This document shows positions 57,386 through 64,000 of a DNA stretch of 64,000 nt, in pieces (positions within the stretch are counted from its first letter, which is position 1; every line of letters begins with the position of its first letter). This DNA comes from Pseudomonadota bacterium. GTDB lineage: Bacteria > Pseudomonadota > Alphaproteobacteria > Micavibrionales > UBA1664. Location: NCBI GenBank assembly GCA_009926935.1, contig RFNZ01000001.1:192556-256555 (forward strand), in the 5' to 3' direction. The position numbers were made by a program, and so were the translations under genes. The notes beneath the pieces were generated by a model. It saw only the letters and a program-made list of their open reading frames with translations, did not search any database and was not told where the DNA came from.

Positions 57386-58297
57386 ATGAATATCGAAGAA
57401 CAGCCACCTATTACAGATCAAGAAATCCGCCAGTTTGTCTGGGGACCGCCCTCAACGCAGAGACTTTTTGATACCGTAGGTTTTATCGGAAAAATTGCGA
57501 GCCCAGCCGGGCTAACTCAAATGGGTATGCAAGTAGCGTATGGCTACGTACCCACAGGTCGGCTTGATTTACTTATGGGCGGAAGTCTTCTGGTACTTCT
57601 TGGTGTTGCAATTGCGGATATTAGTTTTGGAAAAAACCACCTCTCACGGATTTTCAGCCGTGCACTATCTGTGGCTGCCCGCAATCCCGTTCAGATTTCG
57701 CAGCCGACAATTCTGGCTGCTGCGGGTATCGCATCCTGCCTTGTCCTGGCAGGCGGTGAAATCGCAAACTATCTCTCTCAGACCGGCGTTACGCTCAGAG
57801 AACTCACTACATCAACTGATTCATGGGGTAAATTTGTAGCGTCCGCCAGCTATCCGAAAATTATGGCCAATATCGCACCATTTCTGGCTGCATCCGCGAT
57901 TGATATCCCTGCCGTGCGCAATACCATGGACCGCGTCTTGGAGCCAGTAAACACAAGCCTTATTCAAAACGGACTTGGTGTTGCCGGTGCGACGATGATT
58001 GGGGTATTTGCACAAAAAGCGGGCCTACCCGCATTTGAAATTGCGGCAAGCCTTCAGGCAATGGGGTCCATCAGCGCAACTTTAGCCAGCATGTATCTGT
58101 TTTTTTCGCCTCGTTTTTTTCTGCCGCATACTAAATCTATCAATGAAGAATTAATTTTTTTAACGCGTGTTGCCATCGCCGGGAAGCAAGACGTTTTGGA
58201 GCGTGAGCGTGATGCCATGATGAATGCTCGCGGCCATATGACGCCAGGAATGAAAAGAAGAATTAATAAGCGTAGACGCTCAGTTGATATAGCGTAA
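57386..58297 (+). CDS. hypothetical polytopic membrane protein (about 303 aa), AT-richer than surroundings
   Basis: ORF 57350..58297. The track start is a TTG; the ATG at 57386 is preferred. It has several hydrophobic segments and a basic tail (KRRINKRRRSVDIA). No recognised family. Confidence 0.45.
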   Translation: MNIEEQPPITDQEIRQFVWGPPSTQRLFDTVGFIGKIASPAGLTQMGMQVAYGYVPTGRLDLLMGGSLLVLLGVAIADISFGKNHLSRIFSRALSVAARNPVQISQPTILAAAGIASCLVLAGGEIANYLSQTGVTLRELTTSTDSWGKFVASASYPKIMANIAPFLAASAIDIPAVRNTMDRVLEPVNTSLIQNGLGVAGATMIGVFAQKAGLPAFEIAASLQAMGSISATLASMYLFFSPRFFLPHTKSINEELIFLTRVAIAGKQDVLERERDAMMNARGHMTPGMKRRINKRRRSVDIA

Positions 58298-58327
58298 AAA
58301 GTATTTGTTATTAGATATGGAGATTGC

Positions 58328-58867
58328 TTAGATCTTCCAAGTCTTCAGGTTATCTATCGTTTTACCTGCATCAGCCAAGCGATATCCTTTAACAAACCGC
58401 GCCAGTACAAACAGGATGACAGGCCCATGAAAACCGACTGTTGCCCAACGCAAGATCGTTCCGTTTGTGTTTATAAATTCCGTAGCGGCTTTCTCGGCTA
58501 TGCCTGGCACGACTTTGCCGGTTTTCAGCATGGCCATGTATTCGTGCATGCTTGAAAAATCTGCGTTTGAATACACGGTTGATGACCAAAGTAGCATTGC
58601 GATGACCGCATAGACGCTTGATACCCAGAAAGTCCTGACCATCCACTGCGCATGATTCCAGATCAGCGATTCCTTTTCATTTTTCTGTCTGATTTTATAA
58701 GCCCAGAATATGCCCGCGAGCATGGCACAGACACCGATGGTTGAAACCAGCTGCATATTCGTAAAACCAACGGCCATGCCAAGCCCCAACAAAACATAGC
58801 ACCGCATCACTGACGATGTATCGATGGCCTGCGCGGGGATTATCGGTTGTTCTGTCTGCTCGGTCAT
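58328..58867 (-). CDS. hypothetical membrane protein (179 aa), translationally coupled to mutL
   Basis: Its ATG overlaps the mutL stop as ATGA (58864-58867). It has about four hydrophobic segments. No recognised family. Confidence 0.5.
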   Translation of the reverse strand: MTEQTEQPIIPAQAIDTSSVMRCYVLLGLGMAVGFTNMQLVSTIGVCAMLAGIFWAYKIRQKNEKESLIWNHAQWMVRTFWVSSVYAVIAMLLWSSTVYSNADFSSMHEYMAMLKTGKVVPGIAEKAATEFINTNGTILRWATVGFHGPVILFVLARFVKGYRLADAGKTIDNLKTWKI

Positions 58868-60630
58868 TTGCGTGCGAAAAGTTTTTCAAGTTCAGCCAAG
58901 CTTAGCGAAACGTGCGTTGGACGTCCATGGTTACACTGGCCAGAAAGTGGCGTTTCTTCCATTTGTCTTAAGAGCGCGTTCATTTCGTCGATATTCAAAA
59001 TACGGCCGGCACGAACGGATCCATGGCACGCCTGCCGTGCCAGAATAGCCAGAATTGCATCGCGCATCACCTCGCCTGCACTGCCCTCGGAGAGAGCATC
59101 CGCCAGTGTTTGCAGAAGGTTTCTGAAATCGATACGGTCGGACAGCAACGCGGGTACCTCACGGACGGCCAAACTTGAATCTCCAAAAGACTCCAGTACC
59201 AGGCCGTATGCAGAGAGCGTTTCCGCATGATCCATGAGTATAATCGCGCCGTCCTGCTTGAGTGTCACGATTTCAGGGATCAAGAGGGGCTGACGCCTGA
59301 CGCCGCCTTCAGCCAGCGCCTGCTTTAAGCGTTCATACACAATACGCTCATGCGCTGCGTGCTGGTCGGTCAGCACTATTCCGTCCGCCGTCTGGGATAC
59401 GATATACGTACCGTGCAGTTGTGCCCGCGCCGCCCCAAGCGGGTGATGCGAAGATGCCTGCTGACCCGGCTGGAGAACGTTATTTTGCTCGGGCGCTGTT
59501 CTTGCGGCTGGCTGCCACTGCGAGAGCCCTGCAAACGCCGTTTCTTGGACAACATGCCTCGTGGGCTGAGGCGCTGCCTGATACATCTGGGCTGCAAAAG
59601 GCATGGCCGCTTTTTCTGGTACCGCTGCAATGGCCGTGCGCCTGCCATGCGCCTGCAATGCACTCTGGATAGAGGATACAAGCAACCCCCGAATGCTCGC
59701 AGGGTCTCTAAACCGTACTTCCTGCTTTTGCGGATGCACGTTGACATCGACCGCCTCGCTCGGTGCATCGATAAAGAGAACAGCAACGGGATAACGCGCG
59801 CCCATCATGGTATCCGCATAGGCACCTTTGAGCGCCCCTAAGAGAAGCCTGTCTCGCACGGGCCTGCCGTTGACGTACAAATACTGCTGTTGTGCGTTGC
59901 CTCTAGAATAGGTAGGAAGGCCAGCATAACCATAGAGCCGGATGCCGCCGCGCTCGCTATCCAGCGCCATGCAGCTATCCTGAAAATCATCGCCTATGAT
60001 CTGGCTTATGCGCATGACGGCATCGCTGCACGGCGTGCAGGAAAGCACCGTCCGCCCATCTGAAACAAGCGTAAACCGCTTGTGCGGGTGGGCCATCGCG
60101 ATGCGGGCCATCACCTGTTTTACCGCGAGCATCTCTGCAAGGGCAGTCCGCAAAAACTTAAGGCGCGCAGGTGTTGCGTAAAAAAGATCGCGGACCTCGA
60201 CACGGGTTCCCTTGCTGCGAGCGGCGGGCGCGGGCGCGCCTACATGGCCTCCGTCCACGGATATTGACCAGGCGTCGGCCGCACCCGACGCGCGGCTTTC
60301 TATTGAAAGGCGCGAAACCGATCCGATGGATGGAAGCGCCTCGCCCCTGAAACCGAAAGTTGCAATGTTAACGAGGTCGTCATCCGGCAATTTGGACGTG
60401 GCGTGGCGCTGCACCGCCAGAACAAGATCCGCGGCATCCATGCCCGCGCCGTCGTCATCTACGGCAAGCCAGCTTTTACCGCCTTCCCTGATATCGACCG
60501 TGATATTCTGGGCACCGGCATCGAGGCTGTTTTCGACAAGTTCCCGAACTGCGGCTGCGGGGTTTTCTACGACCTCACCAGCCGCAATGCGGTTGATGAG
60601 GCTCTCGGGGAGCTGGCGGATAACGGACAT
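58864..60630 (-). CDS. mutL: DNA mismatch repair endonuclease MutL
   Basis: The N-terminal GHKL block IAAGEVVENPAAAVRELVENSLDAG and the C-terminal endonuclease motif DQHAAHERIVYE. Confidence 0.9.
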   Translation of the reverse strand: MSVIRQLPESLINRIAAGEVVENPAAAVRELVENSLDAGAQNITVDIREGGKSWLAVDDDGAGMDAADLVLAVQRHATSKLPDDDLVNIATFGFRGEALPSIGSVSRLSIESRASGAADAWSISVDGGHVGAPAPAARSKGTRVEVRDLFYATPARLKFLRTALAEMLAVKQVMARIAMAHPHKRFTLVSDGRTVLSCTPCSDAVMRISQIIGDDFQDSCMALDSERGGIRLYGYAGLPTYSRGNAQQQYLYVNGRPVRDRLLLGALKGAYADTMMGARYPVAVLFIDAPSEAVDVNVHPQKQEVRFRDPASIRGLLVSSIQSALQAHGRRTAIAAVPEKAAMPFAAQMYQAAPQPTRHVVQETAFAGLSQWQPAARTAPEQNNVLQPGQQASSHHPLGAARAQLHGTYIVSQTADGIVLTDQHAAHERIVYERLKQALAEGGVRRQPLLIPEIVTLKQDGAIILMDHAETLSAYGLVLESFGDSSLAVREVPALLSDRIDFRNLLQTLADALSEGSAGEVMRDAILAILARQACHGSVRAGRILNIDEMNALLRQMEETPLSGQCNHGRPTHVSLSLAELEKLFARK

Positions 60631-60683
60631 GTCATCAATTCAGCATGGACGGCTGTCAAAAACAATCACGTTATGGGAGATAA

Positions 60684-62009
60684 TCAGAGGTATTCGGTCC
60701 CGCTGTCCATCAGCGTACCTTCCATGATGGCATTGGCAAACACCGTGCCCTCCAGTTTTGCGCCCGTGAGATCAGCTTTGCGCAGATCGGCACCCGAGAA
60801 GTCGGCATAAGACAGGTCGGCGTTTTTGAGGCGGATACCGGCCAGCTTTGCATTTTTGAGTATTGAATAGCGCAGTGTTGCGCCCATCATGCTGACAGGC
60901 TGGATACGTTTGATCGTACCGTCCGAGCCATGGAAAATGAGCGGCGAAAGATTGGCCCCCGTAAAATCACAGCGGGACAGACGCGCATCCTTGAATGTGG
61001 ACCCGCGCGCATCGGCATTGACGAAGAGGCAGTCGCGGAAATCGGACTCATCGAAAATCGAACTCTGCATTTCGACGTTCGAGAAGTTCTGGTTCACGAA
61101 GTTGGCGCCTATCGCTTTCATCGCGGTCAGAGAGTATTTGCTCAGGTCCTCAAGTTCGCGCAGGTCAAACCCTGATAAATCGAGCTGAATGCCGTTTTTG
61201 CCGCCGGATTTGACCCAGACGACGTGCTCTTTCAGGAGTTCGGCCAATGGTTTTTCGAGGTTGCTGACTTCATCGCCCGTTGGTTTTTCGGTAATCGTGT
61301 TCGTGAAATCCGCGCCCTCGGTCTCGACCATTGTCATTGTCGTTTTTTCGAGGATAGCGTTTTTAAGTGCGGCTCCGCGAAGATCAGTACCCGACAAATC
61401 GGAGTGAGAGAGGTTTGCGCCCTCAAGGTTTGCACCGCGCATATCGGCGCCCTGAATACGGACGTTTGAAAGATCAGCATCCGAGAAATCTGCTGAACCC
61501 GCGCGCACGCCGGAGAGGTTTGTTTCCATCATCCTTGCGCCGGTAAAGATCGTTTTGGCTACAGGTGAGTTTTGACCATCGCGGCGGACGCGATCGGCCA
61601 GATAACCTTCGGCGCCTTTTTCCATGATCTTGCCTTCACGCAAGTCGGCTGATTTGAGGTCAGCGCCTGAAAGGTTGGCGCCGGCCACAAACGCACCGCG
61701 GAAGTCGGCGCGAACGAAAGAAGCCCGTTCAAGGTTTGATCTGCGCATATCGCAGGCAAAGAATGTGGCGGAGACGAATTTACCGCCCGAAAGGTCGCAG
61801 TTTATGAGGCAAGAGCCCGTAAAGTCAGCGTGGCTCAGATCCTGTGATTTGAATGTAAGGCCCGTCAGGTTTTTGAATTTGATAACGGCACGCTGGCCAC
61901 CATGGTGGCCTTTCATATACATCTGGTGAAGCTTAATGATTTTATCCAGTTCCTCTTGCGAGACCTGGGCCATCACGATTTCACCTTGCGGGCTTTTTTG
62001 CGTGCTCAT
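60684..62009 (-). CDS. pentapeptide-repeat protein (441 aa, two repeat blocks)
   Basis: Long runs of A(D/N)LxG-type pentads, e.g. ANLSGADLKSADLREG and ADFSDADLSNVRIQGADMRGANLEGANLSHSDLSGTDLRGA. A second block lies near the C-terminus. Confidence 0.85.
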   Translation of the reverse strand: MSTQKSPQGEIVMAQVSQEELDKIIKLHQMYMKGHHGGQRAVIKFKNLTGLTFKSQDLSHADFTGSCLINCDLSGGKFVSATFFACDMRRSNLERASFVRADFRGAFVAGANLSGADLKSADLREGKIMEKGAEGYLADRVRRDGQNSPVAKTIFTGARMMETNLSGVRAGSADFSDADLSNVRIQGADMRGANLEGANLSHSDLSGTDLRGAALKNAILEKTTMTMVETEGADFTNTITEKPTGDEVSNLEKPLAELLKEHVVWVKSGGKNGIQLDLSGFDLRELEDLSKYSLTAMKAIGANFVNQNFSNVEMQSSIFDESDFRDCLFVNADARGSTFKDARLSRCDFTGANLSPLIFHGSDGTIKRIQPVSMMGATLRYSILKNAKLAGIRLKNADLSYADFSGADLRKADLTGAKLEGTVFANAIMEGTLMDSGTEYL

Positions 62010-62056
62010 TCCGATAAAATTTTAAATTCTAGAATTTTAGACTTTTGACCTATTTT

Positions 62057-63559
62057 CTACTTTCCCTGAAAAGTATGAAAAATCAGTTTATTTGTAGATA
62101 AATCAAGCGTTTCATTCTGCTTTATATCGTTTCCCTGCGCAAGGAGCTCTTTGGCCAGTTCTTTGCCTAATTCGACCCCGAACTGGTCGAAAGAGTTGAG
62201 ATTCCACAAGAAACCCTCGGCTGCGGTCTTGTGTTCGTAGACTGCAAGGAGCAAACCCACGTGATAGGCATCTATTTTGGGCAGAATGATCGTGGTTGAT
62301 GGGCGGTTGCCGGGGCAAGACCGCTCCGCCGGCCCTTTACGGCCGAGCATAAGGGCACGACTTTGGGCAAACATATTGGCAATCAAGACCTTATGGCGTG
62401 CCGGACAGCCTTGGGACTCTGCAGCGCCTATAAAATCCACTGGAATGACATCAGGCCCCTGATGCAGCATCTGGAAAAAGGCGTGCTGACCATTGGTGCC
62501 GGGTTGCCCAAATACGACGGGGGCTGTTTTGTAATCGACCCTGTTACCCTCCCTGTCCACGGCTTTGCCGTTCGATTCCATGGATAGCTGCTGCATGTAG
62601 TCCGAAAACTTTGAAAGACGGGCGCTGTAAGGAACAAGTGCCAGTGCCTGATACCCTAAAAAGCTTCGATACCAGACCGAAAGCAGCGCCATTGTGACCG
62701 GTATGTTTAGGGCATAGGGCGCTGTTGCCACATGTTCATCGGCGGCATGGGCACCTGCCAAAAAAGATTTAAAGACATCAAAACCGCAGCTGATGGCGAT
62801 CGGCAACCCGACGGCCGAGCATACTGAAAAGCGGCCGCCCACCCAATCCCACAGAGGCAGAACGCGGTCTTCGGTGATGCCCATCTCGGCTGCCGCTTTT
62901 ACGTTTGCAGTCAGCGCCACGATCCTATCGTCACGCCCCTTAAGCCACATGCGGGCGGCTTTGAGGTTGAGCATCGTCTCCTGCGTTGTGAACGTTTTGG
63001 AGGCTACGCTGATAAGCGTCTTTGAAGGGTCAAGGCCCATGAGGATTGGGTCGAGGTCATCAGGATCGACATTTGCCGCAAAATGCATGCGTGGGCCTTC
63101 ATGCAGGCCCGAGAGAGCCTCACAGACCATGCGGGGGCCGAGATCGGAACCGCCGATCCCTATATGGACCACATCGGTGATAGTTTTATCGGCGCGGATG
63201 GCGTTCGCAATACGCTCCATTTGAGCAAGGCAGTCCCGAACCTCTTTGCTTGGCAGATTTTCACGCAGTGCGGTGTGCAGCACGGCCCGTCCCTCCGTAT
63301 GATTAATGACTTCACCTGCCATCATGCGGCGGAACCAGCCTGCCACATCCTGCTGCTCGGCTAGGGCCTTTAAAAGCAGCATCGTTTCAGAGGATACCTG
63401 ATTTTTTGAAAAGTCGAAAAATACCCCACCTAGTTTGAGGCCCATAGCCTCGATACGGTTTTTTTCACTCTCTAGAGACCTTGTGATGTCTATATCGGCT
63501 GCCGTTTTTGCATGCGCCTCAAGCGCTTTCCATGCCGGTGATGATGCCAGTATTGTCAT
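62057..63559 (-). CDS. pgi: glucose-6-phosphate isomerase
   Basis: Motifs HIGIGGSDLGP, SKTFTTQET, GGRFSVCSAVG and ESNGK. Confidence 0.9.
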   Translation of the reverse strand: MTILASSPAWKALEAHAKTAADIDITRSLESEKNRIEAMGLKLGGVFFDFSKNQVSSETMLLLKALAEQQDVAGWFRRMMAGEVINHTEGRAVLHTALRENLPSKEVRDCLAQMERIANAIRADKTITDVVHIGIGGSDLGPRMVCEALSGLHEGPRMHFAANVDPDDLDPILMGLDPSKTLISVASKTFTTQETMLNLKAARMWLKGRDDRIVALTANVKAAAEMGITEDRVLPLWDWVGGRFSVCSAVGLPIAISCGFDVFKSFLAGAHAADEHVATAPYALNIPVTMALLSVWYRSFLGYQALALVPYSARLSKFSDYMQQLSMESNGKAVDREGNRVDYKTAPVVFGQPGTNGQHAFFQMLHQGPDVIPVDFIGAAESQGCPARHKVLIANMFAQSRALMLGRKGPAERSCPGNRPSTTIILPKIDAYHVGLLLAVYEHKTAAEGFLWNLNSFDQFGVELGKELAKELLAQGNDIKQNETLDLSTNKLIFHTFQGK

Positions 63560-64000
63560 TGTTTTGTTACGGTTTCCGCGTTCGGGATTGATGTTAGTGT
63601 TTCAAGCTCGAGACCATCCGGTTTTGCGCCAACCAGCACAACTTGCGGTTGGCCGTTGAGAAGACGTGCCGTCACACGGCGGATGTCGGCCGGTGTTACG
63701 GCTTCGATTTTCGCGCGATAGTCGTCGAGCGCGGTCACAGGCCTGCGGTTGAGCTGCAAACTCACAAGTGTTGATGCTATGCGCGCGGATGACGAGAGAC
63801 CGAGCGGTAGAGACCCTGTCAAATATTCTTTGGCGGCGGTCAGTTCATCCGGCGATACATCTTTTGATTTCATCTCATCCGCGATTTTATTCACGGCCTC
63901 GATCGTAGGAGCTACATTGGCTGGCTGCAATGAGGCCATGACTACGTATCTATCGGCATAGTCATTATTGACGAGGTCTGACTGGATACCGTAGGTAAGC
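63556..64000 (-). CDS. M16 (pitrilysin/insulinase) family peptidase, C-terminal part; the N-terminus lies beyond the window end
   Basis: I checked that the frame stays open from 63939 to 64000 (...LTYGIQSDLVNNDYADRYVVMASLQP...). The tail ...ELTAAKEYLTGSLPLGLSS...ITPADIRRVTARLL is typical of the M16 inactive/C-terminal domain. It makes an ATGA overlap with the pgi start. Confidence 0.65.
   Translation of the reverse strand, partial: LTYGIQSDLVNNDYADRYVVMASLQPANVAPTIEAVNKIADEMKSKDVSPDELTAAKEYLTGSLPLGLSSSARIASTLVSLQLNRRPVTALDDYRAKIEAVTPADIRRVTARLLNGQPQVVLVGAKPDGLELETLTSIPNAETVTKQ

Overview
This is a chromosomal window from an alphaproteobacterium. The assignment rests on the 16S/23S sequence, the 16S-tRNAIle-tRNAAla-23S-5S operon layout, and alpha-typical genes (hdaA, DUF1489, ATP12, ETF-QO). 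Background GC is roughly 55-60% by eye. All protein family calls come from reading motifs by eye and from memory; no search was run. No CRISPR array, transposase, integrase, reverse transcriptase or phage structural gene was seen.

Layout:
- (i) 1-2.2 kb: a TerC membrane-protein operon cut by the window edge, preceded by a promoter-to-terminator leader RNA, then an AT-richer HicA/DUF1902 toxin-antitoxin pair.
- (ii) 2.2-8.0 kb: one complete rrn operon on the minus strand. It has tandem promoters, 16S and 23S processing stems, a helix-9 intervening sequence in 23S, and a covarying hairpin repeat flanking 5S.
- (iii) 8.4-16.1 kb: a surface-polysaccharide locus with a giant multi-SLBB exporter, two GT2, a Wzz-like protein, a GT4 and a Wzy/ligase-like protein.
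- (iv) 16.8-28.4 kb: housekeeping genes (rocD, rhomboid, TPR protein, ETF-QO, UDG, lytic transglycosylase, IMPase/HisN-like, alaS).
- (v) 28.4-30.8 kb: a 2.4-kb insertion between alaS and aspS. It holds an AT-rich nuclease homologue that looks like the DpnI catalytic domain alone, plus two orphan proteins.
- (vi) 32.7-38.2 kb: rnd, then a self-promoted nucleoside-type cluster (atypical PRTase-core protein, nucleoside hydrolase, IMPase-family phosphatase, convergent ribokinase).
- (vii) 38.2-46.3 kb: the conserved hdaA / AI-2E permease / DUF2066 / purM / purN block. Here purN runs in frame into an aa3 oxidase subunit-IV-like membrane peptide. A 7TMR-DISM hybrid histidine kinase follows.
- (viii) 46.4-52.1 kb: a hydrolase, then Rrf2 / cysteine desulfurase / ferredoxin, then a 764-aa orphan protein.
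- (ix) 52.1-64 kb: degP-like, rarA, an RluC/D-like synthase, a Cys-rich membrane protein, ATP12, an AT-richer pair of membrane proteins, mutL, a pentapeptide-repeat protein, pgi, and a partial M16 peptidase.

The best candidates for something new are:
- the DpnI-like solitary nuclease island,
- the PRTase/phosphatase/hydrolase/kinase cluster,
- the 764-aa orphan,
- the purN-CoxIV in-frame fusion,
- the triple-heptamer palindrome in front of alaS,
- the structured leader upstream of the TerC operon.
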